Positions 37,089 to 47,181 of a stretch of 64,000 nt of DNA are shown piece by piece. Source of the DNA: an uncultured Fibrobacterota bacterium (lineage in GTDB: Bacteria > Fibrobacterota > Chitinivibrionia > Chitinivibrionales > FEN-1185). The stretch covers positions 1-64,000 of the forward strand of contig CAVSQB010000032.1 of assembly GCA_963729895.1 (NCBI GenBank), read 5' to 3'. The first letter of the stretch is position 1, and each line of letters starts with the position of its first letter. The notes under the pieces were generated by a model. The model ran no database searches. It worked only from the letters and a program-made list of their open reading frames with translations, and was not told the origin of the DNA. A program made the translations under genes and the position numbers.

Positions 37089-38015
37089 CTACTTCACGCT
37101 TCCGGCGGTAATGCCGGCAGTCATATATTTCTGGAGCAACAGGGAAAAGACAATAACCGGCAGGCTCAGAAGGACGGAGATTGCCGCCAGCAGGTTCTGC
37201 GGCGGAGCATACGCCAGCTTCTGTTTGAGGAACAAGGTAAGCGTGGATATCTTCCCCAGTCCCAGAATAAAATAGGCGAAGATAAATTCGTCCCACGACA
37301 GCAGAAAGGTATAGATTGCCGCGGCCGCGAGCCCGGGCAGCGCCAGCGGAAACAGGACCCTGTAGAAAATGGAGAAAGCCCCGGCTCCCATCACCCTCGC
37401 CTGCTGTTCCAGATCGCCCGGTATGGATTCAAAGGCGCTCATGCCGATGAAAATGACATATGGTAATGCAAGCAGGGTATGGGCGAAAATGACGCCGGTG
37501 TAGGTGTTTTGCAGCCTGAGTTTGATAAGGAACTCGGTAATGGGAATGACGGATGCGATATCCGGAAAAAGCCGGACCGATATGAGCCCGAGCAGCAGCG
37601 CTCGCCTTCCCGGGACCCTAAAACGGCCGAGCACGTACGCGGCGGGAACGCCCAGAAGCATCGACATTCCAACCGTGCAGGAAGCGATAATGAGGCTGTT
37701 GGAAATGACGCCGTAGAATTGGGAATCGGAAAAGAGGTAGGTAAAGGACCTGAAGGTCGGATGAAAGGGCCACAGCGGTATGGGGGCGCCGCCGGTGTTG
37801 ATGCTCGCGCTGTCGCTGATGGCATACTTGAACAGCAGATACAACGGCGCCACGATGAACAGAACGGCAATGACAATGCTCGCCGCCCAAAGGGCCTTCT
37901 TCGTACTTTCCGCGGGAAAGGAACCGGTTCGCACTGGCGTCCTCAGATCTTTACCAGGGTTCTTCTCAGAATTTCCATTATGGAAAGAAACAGAAACGTG
38001 GTGACCATGATGCAC
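37089..38015 (-). CDS. Carbohydrate ABC permease (MalG-like)
   Basis: EAA-like IPGDLEQQARVMGA; FLLSWDEF; start uncertain. Confidence 0.92.
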   Translation of the reverse strand: MHHGHHVSVSFHNGNSEKNPGKDLRTPVRTGSFPAESTKKALWAASIVIAVLFIVAPLYLLFKYAISDSASINTGGAPIPLWPFHPTFRSFTYLFSDSQFYGVISNSLIIASCTVGMSMLLGVPAAYVLGRFRVPGRRALLLGLISVRLFPDIASVIPITEFLIKLRLQNTYTGVIFAHTLLALPYVIFIGMSAFESIPGDLEQQARVMGAGAFSIFYRVLFPLALPGLAAAAIYTFLLSWDEFIFAYFILGLGKISTLTLFLKQKLAYAPPQNLLAAISVLLSLPVIVFSLLLQKYMTAGITAGSVK

Positions 38016-38842
38016 AGCACCAGGACCAGCGCCACCACTGCGGCGGCGCTGGAGTTCCCCCAGTCATTGTACAACGATTCGATGAGCGTGCCAAGGAGAT
38101 CGTACTTTCCGGCAAGAATAAAAGGAAATATGAATTCTTTCCACATTTCGATGGAGCGGAGCAGGACGACCGCCGAGATGGAAGGTATCAGGAGGGGAAG
38201 CACCACCCGCCAGATCCTGGTGCGCAGGCCGGCGCCCATGGTTCGTGCGGCGTCGAACAGCTCGGGATCGATCGCGCTCAGACCCGAAAGGAGGATGAGC
38301 ATGGATATGGGCATGTCCCTCCAGACTTTTCCGATCATGGATATACCCAGGGCAAAGAATGCGGAGCCGCGCCAATTGACGGGAGTGTGCAAAAGTGCCG
38401 GAAAAAAACCGTATTTGCCCAGGAGAAACAGATTGACGTGGCCGCCCGGGTAATCGAACAGAATGAACAGCAGCGTGGCGGTCACGAGCGCGGGGATGGC
38501 GAGGGGGATCAAGAACAGGCCCCGAACGACGTTGCGGAACAGGAAATTCTGGTACAGGATGAGGGCGAGAAAAAGCCCCGCTGCAAGTTCGAGGGGCGTG
38601 CCCGCAAGCACGAACAGGGTCGTGCGAACCAAGGCATGGCCGAATTCGGGGTTGGAAAATACGACCGCAACGGCGCGCATTGACGGGAAAACCGTCGTTC
38701 CGCCCTTTTCAAACGAGAGACTCAACCCGAGAAGGTACACCCCGACAATAACCAAAAAACCCACGAGATAGACCGCTGCGGGTATCAGCGGCCACACCTC
38801 GTGGATCCTTGTATGCTTTGTGTTGGGCCACACCTCAGTCAT
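37943..38842 (-). CDS. Carbohydrate ABC permease (MalF-like)
   Basis: GLSAIDPELFDAARTMGA EAA loop. Confidence 0.92.
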   Translation of the reverse strand: MTEVWPNTKHTRIHEVWPLIPAAVYLVGFLVIVGVYLLGLSLSFEKGGTTVFPSMRAVAVVFSNPEFGHALVRTTLFVLAGTPLELAAGLFLALILYQNFLFRNVVRGLFLIPLAIPALVTATLLFILFDYPGGHVNLFLLGKYGFFPALLHTPVNWRGSAFFALGISMIGKVWRDMPISMLILLSGLSAIDPELFDAARTMGAGLRTRIWRVVLPLLIPSISAVVLLRSIEMWKEFIFPFILAGKYDLLGTLIESLYNDWGNSSAAAVVALVLVLCIMVTTFLFLSIMEILRRTLVKI

Positions 38843-38926
38843 GGGCTCATAGGGTAATGTGGTGCCTGCTCGAGATCGCCGCTTTCCATCGCCGGTTCGC
38901 GCATGCCGCTGCCTGTTGAATAGAAG

Positions 38927-40417
38927 CTATTTAGGATAATCGGCGCCCAAAATCTCTTTTTCTTTCGGCACAAAATCTTTGGCAAGCTTCTGCTTCATGA
39001 TGTCGGCGTCCATTTTTCCGTCTTTCTTCTCGTCGTACCCGACGCACAGCTTGTACCAAGCGTCCACCAGATTCTGCGCAACCAGCGGATATCCTTTGAC
39101 AAGAGGCACCGTGGTAAGCTGGTTGTCGTTGACCTGTTCAACCGACGTCTTGAAAATCTCCCCCACCCATCCCTCGTCGAAAACATTGGGCAGGTTCAGC
39201 AGAATATCTTTTCGAACGGGAATCATGCCGAATTTCGAGCACTCCTTGGCCTGGTTATCGTGATTGGTGACATACCGAGCAAATTCGTAGGCAAGCTTGG
39301 CGTTGGGGCTTGTCTTTGGTATTCCCCACCACCAGCCACCCGTTGAGATCATGCGGGTGCCGTCCACCACCGGCCGCCCCTCGGCGTTGAGATCGAACGA
39401 CACCGCTTTTGGCATTACGCACAATCCCATGTCCTTGACATCAGGCAAGTAACTCGGCATGCCGGGGTCGTCTGCCCATCCATGCACGTTGAAGCAGTCA
39501 ATCTGTTGGAGATTCGTACAGAACACCTTGCCGTCCTTGATGCCGTTATACAAATCGGAACCCCGCCATGGATCCTGCCACATCCCTGGATTGTAAAGCC
39601 CATTGCGGACAAACACGTTTTCCCACAAAAACGCCTGCACCGTCCTGTCCCCAAGGGACAGAATGTCCTGGTGGGTGGCTCCCAGCTGCAGGGCCCGGTC
39701 CACAAGGTCGAGCGCCGTGCCTTCGTATTTGGCGCCGCGGTGAGCAAGGCGGGGCATCTTCACGCCATTGTACTCTTCCTTGGACCAGATGTAGCCCACC
39801 ACGAAAAGGTCGTAGAGATCCCACTGCGCCGGATCGCTTTCCAGAACGTAATCTTTGGGAAGACCGTACTTGTTCTGTTTTTTGAGTTCTTCGCTGATTT
39901 GTTTCTTGTACTTATCAAATTTGGAAACCGCATCGGCAACCATGGATTTCCGGTAGAACAGGATACGGGTTTCGAGCTTGCGGGGAATATAGTACGGCAG
40001 ACCGTTCACGTAGCCCAAGGCTGTTGCCAGCTGGTGATATTCCGCAAGGTCCTGCATAACCTGCACCGAATCGACGACGGCGGTGAGCGGTTGCATATAC
40101 CCCTTGTACACCAGCACGCGCGTCACCTCGAACGGCGTCTTGACAAGGCCGATCTCCGGCTGCCTTTTCCCGGCATCGAGCTTGAGGAACTTCTCGATGT
40201 CCAGCTGGTTTGCAAACGGAGCGACGGTGATCTTGCAGTTGTGCTCCTTGTTGAATTTCGCAACGATCTCCTGCTCGAAAAACCGCTGCTGGGCGGGCAT
40301 CATCCTTATGAGGACGGTAAACTCCTGTTTGGCCTTCTTCGTGCCAACGCATCCGGCCAGACCCAGCGACACGACAGCCACGAGCGCGCATGCAAGCGCA
40401 ATCCGCAGTTTCCTCAT
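38927..40417 (-). CDS. ABC extracellular solute-binding lipoprotein
   Basis: Lipobox LAGC; GGWWWGIPKTSPNAKLAYEF. Confidence 0.9.
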   Translation of the reverse strand: MRKLRIALACALVAVVSLGLAGCVGTKKAKQEFTVLIRMMPAQQRFFEQEIVAKFNKEHNCKITVAPFANQLDIEKFLKLDAGKRQPEIGLVKTPFEVTRVLVYKGYMQPLTAVVDSVQVMQDLAEYHQLATALGYVNGLPYYIPRKLETRILFYRKSMVADAVSKFDKYKKQISEELKKQNKYGLPKDYVLESDPAQWDLYDLFVVGYIWSKEEYNGVKMPRLAHRGAKYEGTALDLVDRALQLGATHQDILSLGDRTVQAFLWENVFVRNGLYNPGMWQDPWRGSDLYNGIKDGKVFCTNLQQIDCFNVHGWADDPGMPSYLPDVKDMGLCVMPKAVSFDLNAEGRPVVDGTRMISTGGWWWGIPKTSPNAKLAYEFARYVTNHDNQAKECSKFGMIPVRKDILLNLPNVFDEGWVGEIFKTSVEQVNDNQLTTVPLVKGYPLVAQNLVDAWYKLCVGYDEKKDGKMDADIMKQKLAKDFVPKEKEILGADYPK

Positions 40418-40447
40418 ACATCCTCCTGCTCTTTTAGATTGTGTATA

Positions 40448-43400
40448 TCATTCTTGATCGGCCGAAAGTTCCTTGATACTTGTTGACAAAGTCGTATGCA
40501 ACAACGCGACTTCCTCTCCGCTCCGGCGCAGTTTCTCGCTGAAGACTTCCAGAAGGTTGTACGCAATTTCCGGCATATCCAGCAGAATCTTCTTGAGCGC
40601 GCTCCTCTGGATGACCCACAGGTCGCAGTCCTCGTGCGCGACTGCCGACGCGGACCTCGGCGCCTGGTTAAACAGTCCTATCTCGCCGTAGGTCTCTCCC
40701 TTGCGGACTATAGATAAAATAGTTTTTACACCGTTCTTTACCTTAACAATTTTTAGGCTGCCGCTTGCGACGACATACAGATGGTCGGAAAGCTCGCCTT
40801 CCCGGGAAATGAGCGTTCCTTTTTTGTAGCTCACCCGCTGCGTAATTTCGGCAAGCTCCATCAGTTTCTCCGCCGATACGGTGCCGAACAGCGGCGTTTT
40901 CTTGAGCGACATAACGCGTTCCAGGAGTTCAAAAGCCTCGATTTTCATGGAATCGGGATCCTTGTTAAGTGAGAGAAGCTGCACGCTGGCCCTCGCGGCG
41001 TACGAGCGCGTGTCGTCACGCAGTTTTTCGAGCGTCTCTCTCTCCTGTGAGAGAAGAACCCTCGTTCCGGCCGTCTTCCAGAGCGAATAGAGGGCGCACA
41101 GGCAAATCCAGCGGTTGGAGGACGAAACAAAATACCTGATGCCCCCCTCCGCCACGCCATCGTCAAAGGAGAAAAAGTCCCTGCCTGTTCTTGCCAGGAT
41201 GTTCCAGGAATCCCGGCGCAGTATGGGGGTTATGAGCATGGTGATATGGTGCGGTCCGAAGTTGTCGAGAAGTTCTATAAGGTTGAACCGCTGCGTGTAT
41301 TCCTTCACATCCAAATCGCGTCTCCCCGCCACCATCACGCCCCGTGGATCGAGCAGGGCCGCAACGTCCAGCGACCACTCGCACACCCTCGCGAGATGGT
41401 CGCGCAGGGCGTTTTCAAGCACAAACGACCACGCCTCGCCGGTACGTTTCCCGCCTTCCTGTTCGAGGCGCCACCAGACCGCGCAATCCCTGTACACATC
41501 CTCCAATTCCCGTATCACCCACGACGACAGGATCGCAGCCGTGCGGGAGTCGAGGGGGTGCCCCTTGAGCCCTTCGGCGCTCGATTCTACAATCAAGCGA
41601 AGGGCGTGAATGAGTTCCACCATCATGCGTTTGCTTGGACCGGTCCGCAGGCATTCTGTGATCGCGTCGATCACCGCCGTGCCCCGCTTCCGGAGCACCT
41701 TCCCGGCAACGGCGATATGCCTGCGCGTGAGGCCGTCAACGATTCTCATGGTATCGAACTGGGTCTGCCTCGAAGCCGACGAGAAGATAATCTCCACACT
41801 TTTCGAAAACACCTGCAGCGACGAGGACTGGAGATTCGCAAGCAGGGTTTTTTCCCACCCTTCGGGCCGCAGCGTTCCCACAAGAAAGAGCCCTCCCGAA
41901 CGCCTGTTTGAACTCTTTACAGAGAGGAGGTTTGAAAGGAAGGCCAGCACGCTTTGGCGGTCGCCGGCGTCGCCGGTGTTCCAGAGAAAAATGGCCGCCT
42001 CAATCTGCACTCGCGGATTGCTTTCCAAGAACAGGCTTTTGACAATAGGATAAAACCGCCTTTTCCACTCGCTGCCGATTGCATTGATTGAAAACAGGGC
42101 GTTTGCGCGAATTCTCGGGTTGCCGTCTTTGAGCATCGCCTCAAACAGGGGAGCCGCACCGGCGCCGAAAAAGGGAGCCAGGGAGCGGGCTATTGTTTCC
42201 CGAACCGTCTGGTTCGTGTCCGCCTCATAGATTGCGGCCATGATCTTGAAGGCCTGCCTCGATGCGTCGTGCGAGAGGATCCTCACCGCCAGACATCGGA
42301 CATCGCTTTTATCCGACGAGGAGTACTCCTTGACCAATGCTAATATATCTTGGTCCCGGCGGCTGCCGATCTCGGCGATGATCTCTTCCGGCTCGTAGCG
42401 GACTGTGGGCCGCGGGATGAGCGCTTCGGTGTAGGTTGTGCGAATTCGCACCACAACGTACACCATAGCGGCGGCCGCTCCCATAATTACAAACAGGATC
42501 ACAAGGGCCCTGCTTTCCGTTATTATGAGAAAAAGGCCGGTAAGCATGATCGCCGAGGGTTTCACGATGCCGTCGAGGAACGTCTTGGCTCTGCCCCGCT
42601 TCTCCCTTGGAATCACCGCAAAAAACATCTGGTAAATCGGAGAAAATGCGTTTTCAAACACCACATACCGGAGAAACTGAAACGCGACAAATCCGGCAAA
42701 CGACGTCTTCGGACCCGCACCGGCCGCAATCATGAGGATCGTGACGAAGGAACCCGCCAGGAGCGTCACGGGAAGCAGGGAGAAAATCCTCGTGAAGCCC
42801 CACCGTGATATCAGGCCGGGCATCACAAAGCGCAGCCCGCCGATGATGACCAGCGAGTACACCAGGTAGAAACTGAACTGAAACGACGCCAGCGCGTTTG
42901 ACGAATGAAACCAGGATGCGCTCTTCTTCCAGAAAAGATAATCCTGGAGAAATATGGCCACGAACACGAGGAAGTAGAGCAGTGCAATCAGCCGGATGAG
43001 CTTGCTTGACAGCACCGCGGCCATCCCTGCCATCATGCCTTTGCCTCCTGCCTGCTCCGGCTCGATATTCTCCTTTCTTGCGAATTTGAGCCAGTATTCC
43101 TCCATGATCCTGCGGGAGATCAGGAAGGCCACCAGATATGCCACGGCCCATAATCCGATTATCATCTGCGCGTCGACGACCTCAAGCAGGAGCCGGGCGC
43201 CGCACGCCCCGCTCAGGCCGCCAAGAAATCCCCACGAGGCGATTTTGGGAAACCCCTTTTTTGCCTCGTCGGTCGTGTAGATGTCGTTCGCCAGGGTCCA
43301 GAAGGAAAGAAACAGCGTTGTTTTCGACAAATAGGACAATGGATAAATGAGGAGGATCCAGAACGAAAGGACCGCAATATTCTCCCTGCCCACAACCAGG

Positions 43401-43717
43401 AACAGCCCGAGATAACAAAAAAGGATGCACGATACCGCAAGAAGCTGCGTGGAAAACAGCTTGCCGCGGTTGATCCGGTCGATGTTGCTGAAGAACAGCG
43501 GCGGCAGAAGAAAGAGCAGTGCACCGTTGACAAAAAATAGTTTTCCCAGGACCGCCGACCCGGACACGGTAACGGCCATCGAGAGACTCACCGTCTCGCC
43601 GACGATCGCGCCGCCGAACAGGAAAAGCAGAAGAAAAGAAAGAAGCCTGAACCGTAGATCGCGTTGTGCCATATCAGGAAAATAAAAAAGCGGATGATAC
43701 CAGTGGGTTACTATCAT
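40448..43717 (-). CDS. Npt1/TLC-like MFS transporter fused to HEAT repeats and a cNMP-binding domain
   Basis: N-terminal TM domain (FWTLANDIYT..EAKK.FP; RGRAKTFLDG), HEAT repeats, C-terminal GEIGLF..APRSASAVA. Confidence 0.85.
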   Translation of the reverse strand: MIVTHWYHPLFYFPDMAQRDLRFRLLSFLLLFLFGGAIVGETVSLSMAVTVSGSAVLGKLFFVNGALLFLLPPLFFSNIDRINRGKLFSTQLLAVSCILFCYLGLFLVVGRENIAVLSFWILLIYPLSYLSKTTLFLSFWTLANDIYTTDEAKKGFPKIASWGFLGGLSGACGARLLLEVVDAQMIIGLWAVAYLVAFLISRRIMEEYWLKFARKENIEPEQAGGKGMMAGMAAVLSSKLIRLIALLYFLVFVAIFLQDYLFWKKSASWFHSSNALASFQFSFYLVYSLVIIGGLRFVMPGLISRWGFTRIFSLLPVTLLAGSFVTILMIAAGAGPKTSFAGFVAFQFLRYVVFENAFSPIYQMFFAVIPREKRGRAKTFLDGIVKPSAIMLTGLFLIITESRALVILFVIMGAAAAMVYVVVRIRTTYTEALIPRPTVRYEPEEIIAEIGSRRDQDILALVKEYSSSDKSDVRCLAVRILSHDASRQAFKIMAAIYEADTNQTVRETIARSLAPFFGAGAAPLFEAMLKDGNPRIRANALFSINAIGSEWKRRFYPIVKSLFLESNPRVQIEAAIFLWNTGDAGDRQSVLAFLSNLLSVKSSNRRSGGLFLVGTLRPEGWEKTLLANLQSSSLQVFSKSVEIIFSSASRQTQFDTMRIVDGLTRRHIAVAGKVLRKRGTAVIDAITECLRTGPSKRMMVELIHALRLIVESSAEGLKGHPLDSRTAAILSSWVIRELEDVYRDCAVWWRLEQEGGKRTGEAWSFVLENALRDHLARVCEWSLDVAALLDPRGVMVAGRRDLDVKEYTQRFNLIELLDNFGPHHITMLITPILRRDSWNILARTGRDFFSFDDGVAEGGIRYFVSSSNRWICLCALYSLWKTAGTRVLLSQERETLEKLRDDTRSYAARASVQLLSLNKDPDSMKIEAFELLERVMSLKKTPLFGTVSAEKLMELAEITQRVSYKKGTLISREGELSDHLYVVASGSLKIVKVKNGVKTILSIVRKGETYGEIGLFNQAPRSASAVAHEDCDLWVIQRSALKKILLDMPEIAYNLLEVFSEKLRRSGEEVALLHTTLSTSIKELSADQE

Positions 43718-43759
43718 CCGCCTTTTTGAAGAGGTGCGCCGTTGACGCAGCCGCCGGCC

Positions 43760-45076
43760 CTAGAAACTGTACGTAAGCGTGATTCTGTTCATGAGGCTGT
43801 ACTGCGGCCCGCTGAAAAGGTTGGTCCAGGTGTAAAAAATGTTTTTCGCAAGCACGCCGTCGATGCGGAACCGGTTCTCGATGTTGACGCCCACGCCGAC
43901 GGAAGCGAAATCCTCATCCGATCCCGCCGCCTCGGGATTCTGTTCCCAACGCCCGTTGGACCCATCGCCGTCCGACACATAGAGCAGCTTCTTGGAGACG
44001 CCGATCCGGAGCACAAGCCAGTCCCACACCACGTTTCTCTCGATGCCGGCGCTCAGGCGTCCGCCTATGCCGGTTGTGGTAATGGAATCCTGCGGCGCAT
44101 TGGAGTTGAACGTCGAACTGAAGTGGGAAAAGTCCTGCTGCTCCACAAGGCCTTCGAGGCCCGTCCAGAAGAATCCCTTGTCGATGTTGATGTTGACGCC
44201 GATTCCCAGGGAATAGTTCTGGGCCGCGTAGCCGTTGAGGTTGATGAACTCCGCCGACAGATGGGGAACAAAATCACCGTTGAGGGCGGTGAGGGCGGAG
44301 AAAAGCCTCAGGTCGGCCTTGAACGACAGATTATTGTTCGCAATATATTCGGTCTTCTGCTGCCATGTCGTATCGACCCGCTGGGGCACGCCGAGGGCGT
44401 TGGTGACGGTATCGAGCCCTTGCACCACTCTCCCGTATTCGGTTGTGGACGTGAGTCCAAAGGAGGCCTCCAGGTTCATTGATTTTGCGATGGGCCAGTT
44501 TATCCCGATATCTCCTTTATAAAGGTCCGATTCGTAATTGAAATTAGGAACACTCATCTTCTGGAAAGCCAGGTAGGTGCCGACGCCGATCATGGCGCCG
44601 TTCGACATGGCATATCCCAGCATCACGTCGATTTTACCGACAGGAGCCACGACGTTGCGGATGGCCTGGTTGCCGTAGGCGGTGGTGAAAGCGGCGCTGC
44701 CCGGGTCGAAATAATCGAGGTAATCGTCCCAACGGTTGAGGACAACACCGACGGAAAGAAGCGGGTACTGGTTGCCCGACTCGGATGACTGGTTGAGGGA
44801 ATACGACAGAATGGTTCCGCCGTACGGCCTCTGCGGCTGCTCGTTGCTGCGCTGGAGCGCCGAGTACTGGCCCGTGTCGTTCTTGCCGGGCTCGTATATT
44901 CCGAGCGAACCCAGCAGCATGTTCGGATAGTAATTGATATTCGCCGGATTCCTGAAGATGCTCACATCATCCATGAAGAAGTTGTCGTTCCCGCCCATAC
45001 TGAGCACTCTCGCATCCGTCGCATAAGCGCCGAACAAACATCCCGCAAGGAGCACCACGCACGCAATTTTCTTCAT
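43760..45076 (-). CDS. Outer-membrane beta-barrel protein
   Basis: GGAGG RBS, signal peptide MKKIACVVLLAG, amphipathic strands, C-terminal LTYSF. Confidence 0.75.
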   Translation of the reverse strand: MKKIACVVLLAGCLFGAYATDARVLSMGGNDNFFMDDVSIFRNPANINYYPNMLLGSLGIYEPGKNDTGQYSALQRSNEQPQRPYGGTILSYSLNQSSESGNQYPLLSVGVVLNRWDDYLDYFDPGSAAFTTAYGNQAIRNVVAPVGKIDVMLGYAMSNGAMIGVGTYLAFQKMSVPNFNYESDLYKGDIGINWPIAKSMNLEASFGLTSTTEYGRVVQGLDTVTNALGVPQRVDTTWQQKTEYIANNNLSFKADLRLFSALTALNGDFVPHLSAEFINLNGYAAQNYSLGIGVNINIDKGFFWTGLEGLVEQQDFSHFSSTFNSNAPQDSITTTGIGGRLSAGIERNVVWDWLVLRIGVSKKLLYVSDGDGSNGRWEQNPEAAGSDEDFASVGVGVNIENRFRIDGVLAKNIFYTWTNLFSGPQYSLMNRITLTYSF

Positions 45077-45366
45077 GTTATATCCTCCCTGGAAAGGAAA
45101 AAAGGCCACGGCTTTATTATATTCTTCCAGATAATCGGTGTCAATCATCTTGTGCACCGAACCCGAACTGCATATGCTCCCCCGGCAGCAGGCCGTTCGC
45201 AACTGAGTGCGTCGACTGCGACGAGAAAGGCGCGCGAATGCAAGGAGCGGGACCATTGTGTCGACAGCCAACCGTTCGTGCTTTCGGGGGATGGCGCCGG
45301 GCAGGGCGCGCGGCACGAACGGTTGGCGTTGCCTGCCGGCCGATCGATCGGGATCGGCACCGTGTT

Positions 45367-46671
45367 CTATTGCGAGAACACGAACGGGTACACGACTTCC
45401 GTTACGTCGCCGGGCTTATCGATCTTCTCGAACACCCAGCGCTTGATTTTGTCAACTACTTCCTGTTCGAGCTGCGGATCGCTCATCGTGGACTCGAGCA
45501 CCTCGCAAAAGATGACCTTGCCGAATTCGTCGATTGCGAATTTACAGGTGATCTTTCCCTTGAGGCCCGGTTTTTCCCGCAGCCGTTTATTGTAGGCATA
45601 CCGCAAGGCGGCGATGTTCTGCATCACCACGCGCATGATGCTCATCCTGCTTCTGCCGCCCGTCAATGCGCCGCCCTTTACGAACTTGGGTTCCGACACC
45701 GTGAGATTCCCGCGCTTCTTGAGCGAAAGGCTGCTTTCGCCCTCGCCGCCGAGAAGCCCGCCGATGAGGTCGTCCACGCCCGAGAAACCGCTTCCGCCGC
45801 CGAATCCGCTTCCGTAGCCGGCGCCGAACCCGATCCCCGCAGCGCCCTTCCTGCCCACGCCGCCGGAGCCGCCTGCTTTGAGACCGCCTATTCCCTGCAG
45901 AATTCCGTCGATCCCGGACGCAAAGCCGCCTTTGCCGAAGATGTCTGCGCTTGCAACGGCCTTGCCGGTGATCTTACCGGAAATGATACCGAGAACGCCC
46001 TTCTGGGTAACGCGTGCGCGAGGGTCGCCGCCGCCGCCGAATTTTCCTCCTGCGCCCTTCTTGTCCGATTCCTTCTTAAGGGTCTTCTTGTCGGTCTTGA
46101 GTTCCTCTTCCTTCTTTAATTTTTCTTCTTCCTCTTTCTTCTTCTTCTGGTCTTCCAGAGTCGCATCCACGTCGCCCTTTACAAACTTGGCGACCCGCTC
46201 CTCGGGAATTTTTTCGAAGAAGTCGGTGGCGACCTGCACCACCTTGACGGTGCTCATCCAGAAGCCCGTACAAAGCCCGAGAATCATGGCCACAACGACC
46301 AGGTTCCTCAGCTTGGCGTCCTTCTCGATGTGAAAGATATCGCTTCGTTTGTTGAGGACCTGCGTGTACTCGGCATCGGAAAGCGAGCGGCCGTCGGCAT
46401 AGATTCCTTCCTCATCATCCTCGGCGGCAGCAGCAGCCGCAGGGGCTTTTTCCAGAGGAACAAGCTCTATCTCGGCCCCGATGGCCTCAAACTGCTGCTT
46501 AAGCCGCATGGCCTCATTTTCGTCGGCTTCTTTTCGGATGCATACCGGTTTCTGCGTGATAACGCTCCGTACTACATCCGCTGTCGTACCGGACCAACGA
46601 GCAATCTCATCCGCAATTCTGTCGGCACGTCCGGAATCCGTGCATTTCTTTATTAGTACTTTGTACTTCAC
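45367..46671 (-). CDS. AgmX/PglI C-terminal (TonB-like) domain protein, GltG/GltJ-like
   Basis: Single TM, Lys/Glu and Gly-rich linker, YNKRLREKPGLKGKITCKFAI..G.V..W.F..YPFVF. Confidence 0.85.
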   Translation of the reverse strand: MKYKVLIKKCTDSGRADRIADEIARWSGTTADVVRSVITQKPVCIRKEADENEAMRLKQQFEAIGAEIELVPLEKAPAAAAAAEDDEEGIYADGRSLSDAEYTQVLNKRSDIFHIEKDAKLRNLVVVAMILGLCTGFWMSTVKVVQVATDFFEKIPEERVAKFVKGDVDATLEDQKKKKEEEEKLKKEEELKTDKKTLKKESDKKGAGGKFGGGGDPRARVTQKGVLGIISGKITGKAVASADIFGKGGFASGIDGILQGIGGLKAGGSGGVGRKGAAGIGFGAGYGSGFGGGSGFSGVDDLIGGLLGGEGESSLSLKKRGNLTVSEPKFVKGGALTGGRSRMSIMRVVMQNIAALRYAYNKRLREKPGLKGKITCKFAIDEFGKVIFCEVLESTMSDPQLEQEVVDKIKRWVFEKIDKPGDVTEVVYPFVFSQ

Positions 46672-46673
46672 AG

Positions 46674-47180
46674 CTATTGTTCCCTTTCCATAACTGCGAA
46701 ATTCATATTATTGTAACCCACTTTGCCGCACGTATTCATGATTTTGAACAGGACATCGAATTCGACATTCTTGTCCATTTGAATAATCACATTCCCCTGA
46801 ATCTTGTTGAGCGCGCCCAATTTCACCATTTGCTGTTCCTGGGCATAGGACGCATTCAGCTTTTCCTCAAGCTTTGCAACAATGGGATCAGGATTCTCCT
46901 GTGGAATCCTTCTCACATCATCGGTTGGCACCGTGGGTATGTTGTCGACAAGCACCATGTCGGTGGTGGCCGCAACCTGCAGGAAAATTTCTTTGGGTTT
47001 GGTAATGGCGACCGAATTGGGAAGAACAAGATTGTCCGCGTTGGTGAGAATACTGCCCTCGGCGGAATAGCTTTTCATCAGGTAAATCACGACGATTGAG
47101 AAAAAGTCAATCAAGGAAGTAATAATCAAGCCGGTTGACTTTGGCGTGGTGTACTTATTCCTTCCCCGTTGGATAGCCAT
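46674..47180 (-). CDS. ExbD/TolR family protein (AglS-like)
   Basis: ITSLIDFFSIVVIYLMKSY TM; IQMDK.V.F. Confidence 0.88.
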   Translation of the reverse strand: MAIQRGRNKYTTPKSTGLIITSLIDFFSIVVIYLMKSYSAEGSILTNADNLVLPNSVAITKPKEIFLQVAATTDMVLVDNIPTVPTDDVRRIPQENPDPIVAKLEEKLNASYAQEQQMVKLGALNKIQGNVIIQMDKNVEFDVLFKIMNTCGKVGYNNMNFAVMEREQ

Positions 47181-47181
47181 A

